A stretch of 64,000 nt of DNA from a virus (IMGVR_UViG_3300049014_000001:24956-88955); one strand, 5' to 3'; positions 7,670-17,210 are shown, numbered from the stretch's first letter. Numbers and translations are program-made. Notes: generated from the letters alone by a model not told the origin.

Positions 7670-7982
7670 ATAAATTCTTCCCGCTTACGTTTATGCGGGG
7701 AATGAAGAATCTTTCATCGCGGATTCAACACACCGTATCGGGCAACCAACCCAAGGAGAACAACGGAAGGACAGTCACCGTGAAGCAATGGAGCAACCCG
7801 TAAAGCTTCACTTCGGGGACGGTTACTGCGCCAAGCGTGGATGCAACAACCACGCCATCGAGATAGGATTACCTCCTTTCGGATGGTGAATCAAGTGGCG
7901 ACTGTCCTAATTCTGCATCTCAGCGGTTTCTTCTGAGAGCTTTATTCGTACTCGATTTCTCAAGTAACGCTATCATACACTA

Positions 7983-8189
7983 TCAAACGCTACTTGTCAA
8001 GTTTTGTGCTTTCTTAGCTTCCTTCTTGTCCTTCTTCAGGATAACTCGGACTTGTCGAAGCTGTTCTGCGATGTCCGTACGACCATTTGCGGTGTAAGTG
8101 CGAATGGCGATGTACAGTGCCTGCCTTGACACTCCCTTAGCGCGCTCTACCGCTTCCTCTAAGGTAAGGTCTTTCCATCGTTGGGCCAT
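7983..8189 (-). CDS. Hypothetical small basic protein, possibly DNA-binding
   Basis: 68-aa ORF in track with a Lys-rich tail. Confidence 0.45.
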   Translation of the reverse strand: MAQRWKDLTLEEAVERAKGVSRQALYIAIRTYTANGRTDIAEQLRQVRVILKKDKKEAKKAQNLTSSV

Positions 8190-8192
8190 TGG

Positions 8193-8531
8193 TTAAACTT
8201 TCTGAATTGTAGTCATGTCCAGTCGTGGGCCAGTAGGCTTCGTATTGCCTGTTGCTGGTACGAGAGGTGTCTTAGGGCCAGTAGCCTTGATTTCTGCGAT
8301 CTGGCGAGTCAGCTCATCCTTGTTGATGGCTTCACTAACGGCAATCTTGTAGTCGATGAGAATGTCTGCACACTTCAATCGTTCCTTCAAGCCTACCTTC
8401 TCATTGCGCATCGTCTCAGCAAGCAGATCAACCGCTTCTGGCGTAACGCTATCTAGTTGTTTCAAAAGGTCAGTAAGCTCATGCTTTCGCTTGATGAACA
8501 TCTGACCTGCTTTCAGTGCTACTACTGACAT
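8193..8531 (-). CDS. Hypothetical protein (start re-set to MSVVALKAGQ with GGAG RBS)
   Basis: Track ORF; the internal ATG at 8529-8531 has an RBS 9 nt upstream. Confidence 0.45.
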   Translation of the reverse strand: MSVVALKAGQMFIKRKHELTDLLKQLDSVTPEAVDLLAETMRNEKVGLKERLKCADILIDYKIAVSEAINKDELTRQIAEIKATGPKTPLVPATGNTKPTGPRLDMTTIQKV

Positions 8532-8820
8532 TGGGTACTCCGTGAAATACTTCGTATCATACACTACTTACCTAATTTTGTCAACTATACGCAACTGTCT
8601 TATATAACTAAGTAATATAACTATGTACACTTACTATATACTATAACATATAATTGTAATATACATAAGTAGTTTATTATTAAATTATCGATTGACTCTT
8701 CCCTTACGGGAGAGTCTTTTAATTTTATTGTTAACTATACCTTAAGTATTATATACTCCCTCACTCGCTGCGCTCGTTCGGTCGTAAGTATATAGCACTA
8801 ACTAGCTTTTGTCAAGTGTT

Positions 8821-8833
8821 GTGCCATTGGCAC
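8821..8833. promoter_or_regulatory. 13-bp palindrome GTGCC-ATT-GGCAC (same family as sites at 13.9-14.4 kb)
   Basis: Perfect inverted repeat just upstream of the 8849 promoter. Confidence 0.4.
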
Positions 8834-8848
8834 GTAAGTAGCTAGTAC

Positions 8849-8878
8849 TTGACAAATACATTGCTTCGCATGTACAAT
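8849..8878 (+). promoter_or_regulatory. Sigma70-like promoter TTGACA-18-TACAAT
   Basis: ttgacaaatacattgcttcgcatgtacaat upstream of the 8910 gene. Confidence 0.5.
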
Positions 8879-8909
8879 GATGTTTTCGTCAAATAAATAG
8901 GAGAGAACG

Positions 8910-9125
8910 TTGGCTAAGCAACAACTTAAAGAGGACATCGAAGAAGGTAGCAATAGCTACAACGTGTACTTCCGCGAAGATAGTGGACATCTTGGCCACA
9001 TCTATGCAGAGAACTACAAAGACCATAAGGAAGCAATCCTTTCTGTCAAGGAAACCCTTGTCGAAGAAGGTGATTGCCTTACAAACAAGGCGGTGCTTGC
9101 CGTCATCAATGGAGGTAAAACTTGA
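8910..9125 (+). CDS. Hypothetical protein (TTG start)
   Basis: Track ORF; RBS TAGGAGAG 6 nt upstream of TTG. Confidence 0.45.
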   Translation: MAKQQLKEDIEEGSNSYNVYFREDSGHLGHIYAENYKDHKEAILSVKETLVEEGDCLTNKAVLAVINGGKT

Positions 9126-9427
9126 AAACTGACTTTTTTGATATCACAGAAACCAATCTTGCAGAATTTGCAAAGAAACTGGAATCGCACCTGTTGGATG
9201 GCTGGGCCATCAGCAAACAGAATCCGGGCGATGTCATCGGACTGTATGGAGGTGTCTATACAATTTCTCTGTATCGCAACGATGAAACCATCAAACGTAT
9301 TCGCACTCGTGTAGCTGGGATTCAGGATGCTCCGAAGCTCGATAGGGCTACGATTCTCGCCAACGCTAGAGCGGCAAAGGCTGCTAAAGCGACAACAAAG
9401 GTTGATATTACGACAATTCGGGAATAA
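9122..9427 (+). CDS. Hypothetical protein (TTG start)
   Basis: Track ORF; RBS GGAGG precedes it; overlaps the previous stop. Confidence 0.45.
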   Translation: MKTDFFDITETNLAEFAKKLESHLLDGWAISKQNPGDVIGLYGGVYTISLYRNDETIKRIRTRVAGIQDAPKLDRATILANARAAKAAKATTKVDITTIRE

Positions 9428-9559
9428 AACAACGGTTTCGTAAAATAATCCTTGGTTTTCTGGCGGAAACATGTAATAGTGTTGTTCGTCGTGCAGGATT
9501 AACGGTTTTTAAACAAATTCTCACACATTATCACACTTGTTCGAAAGGAAATTGATCTA

Positions 9560-9934
9560 ATGGCAACTATGTCTATCCTCCGTCACGCTCTGGCACTGAA
9601 TGCCAAGGAAATCACCGCGATGCAAGCCTCTGTCGCACAATTCAAAGTGGAAGCCAAAGCTTGGCGTGAACAGGGAGAGCAAGCATATGCTGTAGCTGCA
9701 TCAAAAGACGTAGAAAAGCATCGTGCTAGCCTTTCCAAGCTGGTTACGATGCAACGTAAGATAAAAGCAGAGATACATGCTATCGAGCGCAATGAACGTA
9801 TCACTCGTAAGTACGCTATCGTGTTCGGTAAGGCACCTATCTTGCAATCGAAGACTAGCTACGAAATGGAATCGATGCTGGACACACTTCTCGCAGAAAA
9901 ACAAGCGGAAGCTGAAGTAGAAGCCGTGGCATAA
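9560..9934 (+). CDS. Hypothetical protein
   Basis: 124-aa ORF with RBS GAAAGGAAA. Confidence 0.5.
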   Translation: MATMSILRHALALNAKEITAMQASVAQFKVEAKAWREQGEQAYAVAASKDVEKHRASLSKLVTMQRKIKAEIHAIERNERITRKYAIVFGKAPILQSKTSYEMESMLDTLLAEKQAEAEVEAVA

Positions 9935-9942
9935 AAGCCACA

Positions 9943-9972
9943 AAGAAATGTGTTGACACGTCTAGGGTTTAT
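9943..9972 (+). promoter_or_regulatory. Promoter TTGACA-18-TGATAAT containing conserved spacer tctagggtttataca
   Basis: The same 15-mer spacer recurs at 13655-13670 behind another TTGAC box. Confidence 0.45.
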
Positions 9973-10011
9973 ACATGATAATTCCTTCATCAACCAACTG
10001 ACGGAGGAATT

Positions 10012-10716
10012 ATGAAAAAGCTCATCGGCTATGTACGTGTCTCCACCAAGGAGCAAGGCAAGACCAAGAACGGTTTGGAGGCTCAGGCCGAAGCCATCCG
10101 TCTGTTCGCACACTATAACGGCTACGAGCTGATTGACATCGCAGAAGAAGTGATGTCCGGTGCTGATGATAACCGTCCTGTCCTCGCAGAAGTGACACGT
10201 CGAGCTGCCAAACTGGGCGCATACGTGGTCGTCAACAAGCTGGATCGTCTGTCTCGTAATGCCCTGTTCATCCTGAAGTATATCGATCAGAATAGCAAGT
10301 TCATCGTGACCATGCTTGGGGATAACGTAGACCCGTTCATGCTCCACATCTACGCCGGTTTGGCGGAAAAGGAGCGCATGATGATCGCAGAACGCACCAA
10401 GGCAGCTCTGGCCGCTAAAAAGGCCCGTGGTGAAGCTCTGGGGGCGTCTGAAGCTGTGCTGGAGAAGGCAAGGGTCAGTGCTGGAGCTGCCGAAGCCACG
10501 AAGGCAGATGACTTTGCAGCCCGTTTGCGCCCGACTCTGACCCGCATGAAGAAAGATGGCATGACCCTGCGTGAAATGGCTCAGGAATTGAATGCCAGCG
10601 GCACGAAAACGGCTCGTGGTGGCGAATGGCATCCAACAATTTTTAAAAAGGTGGTTTTTCTCTTGGTTGATTGCGGGCTCCGCCCACGCCCCAGTTGGGG
10701 CTTTACAAAAACATAG
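10012..10716 (+). CDS. Small serine recombinase (resolvase/invertase family)
   Basis: N-terminal IGYVRVSTKEQ catalytic-serine motif, ...SGADDNRP..., LDRLSRN, C-terminal HTH; about 200-230 aa. Confidence 0.85.
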   Translation: MKKLIGYVRVSTKEQGKTKNGLEAQAEAIRLFAHYNGYELIDIAEEVMSGADDNRPVLAEVTRRAAKLGAYVVVNKLDRLSRNALFILKYIDQNSKFIVTMLGDNVDPFMLHIYAGLAEKERMMIAERTKAALAAKKARGEALGASEAVLEKARVSAGAAEATKADDFAARLRPTLTRMKKDGMTLREMAQELNASGTKTARGGEWHPTIFKKVVFLLVDCGLRPRPSWGFTKT

Positions 10717-10742
10717 CTAGTACTACTAACCAAGGAGAAAAT

Positions 10743-11339
10743 ATGACCCCTGCACAACGTTGCGCAAAAGTTTCCCAGAACATGGACAACATTGCCCTCA
10801 TCACCTTCGCCATTGGCTTCTGCAAAGCCGCCCACTTCGGCCAGAAACGTAAATGGTCGTTCGAACCTTATTGGACTCACCCTATGGCGGTGGCAAACAT
10901 CCTGCATGAACACGGCCACAATGACCCTCACATGCAAATTGTCGCCCTGCTGCACGATGTAGTAGAGGACACGCCTATCACTCTGGAAGAAATCACTGAG
11001 CACTTTGGCGAAAAGGTAGCTGAAGATGTCCACTGGCTCACGAAAGTGGACTACAGCAAGCACACAGACCCCTTCGGCATGCCCCTGAAACGCGCTGCGA
11101 AGAAATTCCTTGAGAACCTTCGTCTGAGCCGCGCTCCACAGCACGTCAAAACGATTAAGCTTGCCGACCGCTTGCACAACATGACCATTCTCACGGAAGA
11201 CCCGGCTTTTGCTCCGCTCTACGCAGAAGAGACTCGTGAGCTTCTTGACTACGCCTTGAAAGAAGGCTGTCCTGTCCTGTGGGCAAAGCTGGACAAAATT
11301 ATCAAGAATTTCCAAAATCCTATTGACAAGGCTATCTAA
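10743..11339 (+). CDS. HD-domain hydrolase of the RelA/SpoT (p)ppGpp-hydrolase type (small alarmone hydrolase-like)
   Basis: H...HD motif with ALLHDVVEDT signature; start re-set to MTPAQR after RBS AAGGAGAAA. Confidence 0.65.
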   Translation: MTPAQRCAKVSQNMDNIALITFAIGFCKAAHFGQKRKWSFEPYWTHPMAVANILHEHGHNDPHMQIVALLHDVVEDTPITLEEITEHFGEKVAEDVHWLTKVDYSKHTDPFGMPLKRAAKKFLENLRLSRAPQHVKTIKLADRLHNMTILTEDPAFAPLYAEETRELLDYALKEGCPVLWAKLDKIIKNFQNPIDKAI

Positions 11340-11381
11340 GTAGCGCTACTATACTGCCTACCAACTAACCAAGGAGAAGAA

Positions 11382-11558
11382 ATGAATACCATGCAACAAG
11401 AATTCGATGCGGTAGTCGCCCATTTGTACGCTCAAGGGAAGCGTGCAGCAGTACTAGGACGCTGCAAGTATAGGTCTGATGAAGGAACTATGTGTGCGGT
11501 AGGCTGTCGCATTCCTAATAACATGTATAACCCTGCCATGGAAGGGGCGACATCCTGA
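11382..11558 (+). CDS. Hypothetical small Cys-containing protein (58 aa)
   Basis: ORF below track threshold with canonical UTR CTAACCAAGGAGAAGAAATG. Confidence 0.35.
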   Translation: MNTMQQEFDAVVAHLYAQGKRAAVLGRCKYRSDEGTMCAVGCRIPNNMYNPAMEGATS

Positions 11559-11593
11559 CAACTGAAATCAAAGCACTTAGATAAGGAGAAACT

Positions 11594-11785
11594 ATGCAAC
11601 AGATTATTACCTTCCTTCGTAAAGCCAAGAACATGATTCTGGCCCTGCTGATGGGTCTTGCTGTCGTACTGGCGGTAAGCCTTCTTGTTTTCCTGTCGGC
11701 AGCTCTGAAGGGCATGCTCATTCCGCTGATGTTCTTCTGCGGTGGTGTGTACCTCTTCTACCACTGGCTAGAGGGACGACAATAA
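11594..11785 (+). CDS. Small membrane protein
   Basis: 63 aa, two hydrophobic helices, RBS TAAGGAGAAA. Confidence 0.5.
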   Translation: MQQIITFLRKAKNMILALLMGLAVVLAVSLLVFLSAALKGMLIPLMFFCGGVYLFYHWLEGRQ

Positions 11786-11787
11786 GC

Positions 11788-12063
11788 ATGAACGGCCTAC
11801 CTTACAAAGATACCTTCGCAGCTAAAGGTAGCCAGCTCTACGAAGCTATCACGGAAGGACGTGATGAAGATGCAAAGAAAATCTACGCAGATACGACAGC
11901 TCGTTACCATGCCCTGCTGAATGGACTGTCCGTTCCAAAAGTAGTCGTGTCCGAGAAGAATCCTAAAATCTGGGCTATCCTCGCTGACGATGCAGAATAC
12001 GACAAGCAAGGAAGGCTCGTTAAGAAACTAGAGAAAGGAGGGAATGTAGATGTCAAGGTATAA
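11788..12063 (+). CDS. Hypothetical protein
   Basis: Track ORF in tight same-strand array. Confidence 0.45.
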   Translation: MNGLPYKDTFAAKGSQLYEAITEGRDEDAKKIYADTTARYHALLNGLSVPKVVVSEKNPKIWAILADDAEYDKQGRLVKKLEKGGNVDVKV

Positions 12064-12355
12064 AATTGGACAAGAACTGGAAATCCATTCCCTCAAAGGC
12101 TTCGGGAACGCACAAGAGAACGGTAGACGTGTAAGAGTTGTAAAGCTCCCCGGCTTCCATCCTACTTATCAAAGTAACTACCTCGTTCGCTACGTCGATA
12201 ACTCAAGAGAACTAGTAGCACACCCAGACTACCTACGTCCACCTCCACCACCTTCAAATCGTGGAGACATGGACAAGGTGACAAGCTGGGAAGAGTTCGA
12301 ATCTGTCACTCGCATCCCTGCCGATGTCGTACGAGGAACGGACAGTGAACACTGA
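12050..12355 (+). CDS. Hypothetical protein
   Basis: Track ORF; RBS GGAGGGAATG upstream. Confidence 0.45.
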   Translation: MSRYKIGQELEIHSLKGFGNAQENGRRVRVVKLPGFHPTYQSNYLVRYVDNSRELVAHPDYLRPPPPPSNRGDMDKVTSWEEFESVTRIPADVVRGTDSEH

Positions 12356-12372
12356 GAAGGAAGAATACACCT

Positions 12373-12567
12373 ATGAAGCACACGATTTCTCCCTCCGGGT
12401 GGGCGGGAAGAAGTCAGGAAGAGTTGTATGCGCAACGTGTGGCCTTGTACCGTCCAACACTCCATTCACTTTATGGGCAGTACGAATGGGATGCAACAAC
12501 CGCTACCATCCTTCCTACCACAACAAACGTTATGAAACAACCAAACTTTTCTAAGGAGAAACAATGA
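12373..12567 (+). CDS. Hypothetical protein
   Basis: Preferred over the overlapping 12324 ORF because of RBS AAGGAAG. Confidence 0.4.
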   Translation: MKHTISPSGWAGRSQEELYAQRVALYRPTLHSLYGQYEWDATTATILPTTTNVMKQPNFSKEKQ

Positions 12568-12902
12568 GACTACTACTTCAATGTCGTCTTATCAAAACAG
12601 AAAGACGATTGACATTCGATATTCTTTGGCAGAATGACCATCCAGACATCACATGGAACGGAGATGACGATGGAAATTATCACAAATTCACAGCTAGCAA
12701 CGGCTACGAAGTGATTTCCCGTTCCCGAATGGATATCCAAACAGAACGCATCTGGCTACTAGGTGCCAAGCGTAATGAAGAATCCCGCTCAGGAACAATG
12801 GTGTTCTCCAGCAACGAGAAACGTGATGCTGCTTACTGGAACTTCGTCATCGCACTCAAAGAATGGGCCGATCATAACAACGGATTCATAAATATTTTCT
12901 AA
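12564..12902 (+). CDS. Hypothetical protein
   Basis: RBS TAAGGAGAAACA; overlaps the previous stop. Confidence 0.5.
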   Translation: MRLLLQCRLIKTERRLTFDILWQNDHPDITWNGDDDGNYHKFTASNGYEVISRSRMDIQTERIWLLGAKRNEESRSGTMVFSSNEKRDAAYWNFVIALKEWADHNNGFINIF

Positions 12903-12912
12903 GGAGAAACAA

Positions 12913-13245
12913 ATGTCAGAACTGTCACTACCTACCATCGTACGTCATAAAGACGGAAGCATTTTTGCTATGGTAGAAGGAACACTTGAAGACTGGGTGA
13001 GCCTTGTTGTCATTCACGATACAGAACTCAAGCGGAAACCGGGAGAAGGAACTAAGAACTGCTGGCACCAATCCTCCGTCATCGACTGGATTGAAGATGG
13101 CACCTACAACGTAATCCACGGAGGCATCACAAACAAGCTAGAACCAATTCGTATCGAAATCGACTCCAGCCCCGTATCAGCAGCATTGGCAGAAGTGAAA
13201 GAACTGGAAGCTACCCTCCTTCGCGTAAAGAGTATGCTGAAATGA
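12913..13245 (+). CDS. Hypothetical protein
   Basis: RBS TAAGGAGAAACAA; followed by a terminator. Confidence 0.5.
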   Translation: MSELSLPTIVRHKDGSIFAMVEGTLEDWVSLVVIHDTELKRKPGEGTKNCWHQSSVIDWIEDGTYNVIHGGITNKLEPIRIEIDSSPVSAALAEVKELEATLLRVKSMLK

Positions 13246-13251
13246 TATCAG

Positions 13252-13280
13252 AAGGCTCCCTCCGGGGAGCCTTTTTTATT
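13252..13280 (+). terminator. Intrinsic terminator
   Basis: aaggctccc-tccg-gggagcctt hairpin then TTTTTTATTT. Confidence 0.7.
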
Positions 13281-13281
13281 T

Positions 13282-14600
13282 GGGCTAAAATTTCCTAAGT
13301 ATTTGATTCTAAAAATATTTTTTGAAGTACACCCTTCCAACATATCTACAACACTTGTTAGAAAATTATCATACCTACATCCTGACGAAATAGGCAGAAC
13401 TTTTATGGGCCGGGACAATGGGCTAACACTGGATATGAGCGAGGGCTAGCGGATGGCAATCCATGTTTGGCTATGGGTCTAGCGGATGGCTTAATGCGTG
13501 GCGGTGTGGGCACGAGGATGGCTGGGGCCTTCCAAAAATATCATGGCTGCATTTGTTTGAGGTAGGTAAGGGGTAGACATACCCTTTGGCTAAAACGGCT
13601 CAAAACGCGTTTAAATCGATTCTAGCACCATGTGTATAAATCATTGACGTTCGTCTAGGGTTTATACAAGGTAGGATGATAGTTGCACTAGCCACATAGT
13701 GAATCAGCTAGGAACATGGATAGGAACGCATAGGAAGCCCTATGAGGCGTTATCTAGGAGTGGCTAAGGGGTTGGCATAGGTAGGGCTAAATAAACGTCC
13801 TGTAGGGCCTCTACGCTTGCCTGAGTTAGAATTGCAATAAAGCAATGATTAGTGCACTAAACGTTGCATTGGCAGCATTATATGTGCCTGTGGCACGCAT
13901 ATTAATAATAAGAAACAATGTTTCGCGTTCGCTTGCTTTGCAATCGCCCGCCCTCACTGTCCATACACATAGATATAGCCCTGTATATGTGCCACCGGCA
14001 CCCCCTATATATGGCCCTAGGGGCCTCCCTATACACCCCCTCCTACAGAGGGTAGCCCTGTATGTAGTCCCATAGGGACAGCCCATTGTTTTAGATAGTT
14101 TGCTAATACATAGTGCACTATTTAATCGTACTTGAATGATTAGCGTACTAAGTGTTGTTGACAAACAACGAAATGTATGATATGCTATGCGTCGGGGCAT
14201 GAGCGCAGCGAATGCCTAATATACAAGTATTATATAAATGTATATATTATATGTTATATAACTATGTATATATGTGCCTATGGCACGACAGTATGTTAGT
14301 CCCTCTGGGACAGCTAGATATGGTGGCTAACAGCCACGCTATAGCCCCTCTCTCGCCCTTAGTCGGTCGATCAATCGAGGGGTAGCTAGCAAGGGTGTGC
14401 CATAGGCACGTATATACGTTATGTGGCTGTTAGCCACCATATAGCCTAGTCGCTTTGCTGAAAGCGTTTATAGGCCCTAGGAAGCGTTAATACGTGAGTT
14501 GGAATAGGAATATGCCAGAATAGGCGAGGATAGCCCTGTAGGGCCATAGAATGAGAAAAGTCAGCCTTGTTTAAGGGCTGGCTTTGTTGTTTGTGACTTA
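13282..14600. promoter_or_regulatory. AT-rich non-coding island with multiple palindromic protein-binding-type sites and promoter-like elements
   Basis: No credible ORF. GTGCC-N3-GGCAC at 13883-13895, 14274-14286 and 14397-14409. GTGGCTAACAGCCAC at 14323 and its inverse GTGGCTGTTAGCCAC at 14423, exactly 100 bp apart. TTGACA-17-TATGCT at 14158. The tctagggtttataca box is at 13655. Confidence 0.5.
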
Positions 14601-14606
14601 CTTGTT

Positions 14607-15173
14607 TTAAGCTTCTTCTCTCAGCTTTTCAACCCGTGCGGATCGTGCTGGATGAGTGTTTGTAGCTGGCAAAGGCTTAAGCAAGGCTTTCAGGGCTTTA
14701 GCTGGATCAATGCCATATTTGCGCATAATCTTGCCTGCAAAGCTATCGGCTGCATATTCTTGGGAATGGTTCAATTCCCTGTCGCCTTCACCATTACGGG
14801 CAGCTTCACCGTATTTAGCTAGCAGGTCGCTGTCGCTTTCAAATTTAGCGCTAGCCGGTGCGAAGCTTTCCACATACTTGCGGCCATGTCCCATTACCGA
14901 ATGGCCGAATTCATGGGCAAGGGCAAAGAACAGAGCGTTATCGTCCAATTCCTTAGTGTCCCCGAGGTGGATAATGTCCGGCTGGCCGATAACCCATTCA
15001 ACAGAGGCAACACGTACCGAGTAATCAACTAGGTACGTCACTTTGTGACCTGTTTCCTTTTCCAGCGTAGCGGCATACTCGCAAATACGCTTGTCCACCA
15101 TGTTGCAGGCATTCGCCGAAGCCAGCGAGAGGAAAGCGACGATTGCCAGCGAGAATTTAGCGAATGCTTCCAT
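14607..15173 (-). CDS. Secreted zinc metallopeptidase (HExxH; M48/M56-like)
   Basis: N-terminal signal peptide MEAFAKFSLAIVAFLSLASANA; HEFGHSVMGH motif. Confidence 0.7.
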   Translation of the reverse strand: MEAFAKFSLAIVAFLSLASANACNMVDKRICEYAATLEKETGHKVTYLVDYSVRVASVEWVIGQPDIIHLGDTKELDDNALFFALAHEFGHSVMGHGRKYVESFAPASAKFESDSDLLAKYGEAARNGEGDRELNHSQEYAADSFAGKIMRKYGIDPAKALKALLKPLPATNTHPARSARVEKLREEA

Positions 15174-15291
15174 TTTGATATTCCTTTCAGAGAATTAGTA
15201 AAGTGTGTTGCTGAAACTCAATTATACAATGACCATCAGCATACACAAGCGGAATGTTTAACGAGTGTTGTTTATTCTCGCTTTATCCCCC

Positions 15292-15909
15292 TTAGACCGT
15301 AAAATGTTTGATGATGCTCATATTGTCCATCGACAGAAATTCGTCAACAGTGAGAATTTCTTGTTTAATGTCTTCCGCATAGCCTTCGCGGAAGTAAGGG
15401 GCATCTTTGTAATTGATGCTCAAACGGATAGTAACTTGTGGAACATTTTTGTTATTCCAGTAGTCAGAATGATTGAAGCCTTCCACAAACATTTGAAGCT
15501 GCAACACTGCACCGTCGCTGAACCATTCGTTTTCATAGTCCCAATATTTTTCCTTTTCCTCTTGGGACATAGAATCATAGTCAAATGATTCTAGCTTATT
15601 GTCATGCACGTACATTTGTTGGCAAGTCTCCATTTGGCTATTAGCATTATCAGTTTGCTTTTCGGTGAAATGATAGGAGCTATCGCAATCATTGCGATAC
15701 ATCCTAGAGACACTATAGCCACCGTCCTGCTTAGGAATCCAGCCGGATACATAATTCCCCTCAATTTCGTCTGTCCGTGTGTCTGTAAGGCTATCATAGC
15801 CCTTATGCCCGGTTACAAGAGTGCTTTCCCATTCGTTTTCGGCAAGGTTAGCCAATGCTGCCAGTTTGGTTTGAATTGCAGCCGGTACAGTAGATTTAAA
15901 GTGTTTCAT
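15292..15909 (-). CDS. Hypothetical protein
   Basis: 205-aa track ORF in minus-strand array. Confidence 0.5.
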   Translation of the reverse strand: MKHFKSTVPAAIQTKLAALANLAENEWESTLVTGHKGYDSLTDTRTDEIEGNYVSGWIPKQDGGYSVSRMYRNDCDSSYHFTEKQTDNANSQMETCQQMYVHDNKLESFDYDSMSQEEKEKYWDYENEWFSDGAVLQLQMFVEGFNHSDYWNNKNVPQVTIRLSINYKDAPYFREGYAEDIKQEILTVDEFLSMDNMSIIKHFTV

Positions 15910-15978
15910 TTTAAAGATTCCTTTCGTGTGTTAGAACATATGTAAATGGACATTAATAAATGCCCATTGGCCTAGGCT

Positions 15979-16311
15979 CTAGCTTCCGTCCATTAAGTCT
16001 TGCTCATCATTCCCATAAGCCGACTCGATTTTCAGGCCGGTATGAGCACAAAACAGGCTTTCATCCTCCCAGTTAATCTCCATTGCAACGATATTCCAAT
16101 CGTCATGCAAGCAATCAACCTTGCCGCCAGAGTCAACGAAGCGATTGCAGCTAATGATTGCATCCCGGATCAAACCGGCATTCTCTTTTGCTGCTGCAAA
16201 GCTAATTGCCTCCCCATCCTGCGCGATGAAATAAAACGGATAGCCTCCCGGCCATGCATAAGGCCCAATGTCCAATGCTTTGTTAAAGTCAAATACTGTT
16301 TTGATGTTCAT
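15979..16311 (-). CDS. Hypothetical protein
   Basis: 110-aa track ORF. Confidence 0.5.
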   Translation of the reverse strand: MNIKTVFDFNKALDIGPYAWPGGYPFYFIAQDGEAISFAAAKENAGLIRDAIISCNRFVDSGGKVDCLHDDWNIVAMEINWEDESLFCAHTGLKIESAYGNDEQDLMDGS

Positions 16312-16312
16312 G

Positions 16313-16522
16313 TTAATTTCCTCGCAGTTTCATTGCTACAGCCTGCAATGCAATATGATCCATGCTGTATTGATTGCCATTGCGGTAGCGGCGCAATACG
16401 GCTTTATCGTCCATATCAAGCCAGCTAATCTTTTCCGCCTCTTCCAATGCATCCATGTGAAAACTGAGGCCCAAAGCGATGTTATCCAGCTTTTTGATTA
16501 ATGCTTTACGTTCACGTTTCAT
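16313..16522 (-). CDS. Hypothetical protein
   Basis: 69-aa track ORF abutting its neighbours. Confidence 0.4.
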   Translation of the reverse strand: MKRERKALIKKLDNIALGLSFHMDALEEAEKISWLDMDDKAVLRRYRNGNQYSMDHIALQAVAMKLRGN

Positions 16523-17136
16523 ACAATATTCCCTTCAATGTCGAATTCATATTCATTAATTTGAAGGCTCTCGATTACCTGTTCGTCCGAAGTGAGATAG
16601 TCTTGCTCATCTTCTAGGCGCTTATAAATCCAGTCGGCAAAATCACGCATGGATTGAGTAATTTCATCTTCCGCGTCTCCGATATCCCGATACATGCTAT
16701 CAGTATTATGAACGTCAACAGACATACAGCCGGAATGGTAATAATGCCCGCGATGTTTCATTGTACAGGCCAGCTTGTAGAAGTTTCGGCGTTGCGTAGT
16801 TTGCAATTCCTTTGCAATACGCTGCAATTCAATATCTTGCGGAAACTCTTTTGAAATGGCCTGTACAGAGCCTTTAGCGTAGCTGTAAGAGCCTTCAAAA
16901 CATGCCCCGTTCCCTTGTGACCAAAAGCCGTTAAAGTAGATTGTAGGCATGTTTCCGCGTTTAGAATCCAGCAGGATACCTAACAGCACGGCAGCAGCTT
17001 CTGCCTGAATATAAACGCCTTCAAACCAGCTACTATCCGAACAGGCCACGTTTTGTTTATACCAGTCGCGGGCCTTTTCTTTTGCTTTGTCGTTCAATTC
17101 GTCATACTGGAAAACATCTTTGGAAATGGTACGCAT
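16519..17136 (-). CDS. Hypothetical protein
   Basis: 205-aa track ORF. Confidence 0.5.
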   Translation of the reverse strand: MRTISKDVFQYDELNDKAKEKARDWYKQNVACSDSSWFEGVYIQAEAAAVLLGILLDSKRGNMPTIYFNGFWSQGNGACFEGSYSYAKGSVQAISKEFPQDIELQRIAKELQTTQRRNFYKLACTMKHRGHYYHSGCMSVDVHNTDSMYRDIGDAEDEITQSMRDFADWIYKRLEDEQDYLTSDEQVIESLQINEYEFDIEGNIV

Positions 17137-17210
17137 AATAAAATCCTTTCGTGTGAATTCTGTTGTTAAACAATTCCGACAATGCCCACTATTACATGGG
17201 CATTAGCTGA

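Noticed and set aside
8676-8725. Hairpin gactcttccc-ttac-gggagagtc followed by TTTTAATTTT as a plus-strand terminator
   Set aside because: No plus-strand gene lies upstream of it (neighbours are minus-strand), and the stem has a bulge; at most a bidirectional or processing structure, so not listed as a feature.
9014-10632. Long minus-strand ORFs 9014-9472, 9859-10632 and 10581-11315 antisense to the early plus-strand genes
   Set aside because: They are antisense to genes with recognisable domains (serine recombinase, HD hydrolase) and lack start signals; their Cys/His/Arg-rich products are characteristic of antisense frames.
13826-14200. ORFs 13826-14200 (-) and 13845-14075 (+) inside the AT-rich palindrome island
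   Set aside because: Mutually overlapping on opposite strands, no RBS, translation dominated by repeats of the palindromes; the region reads as regulatory DNA.
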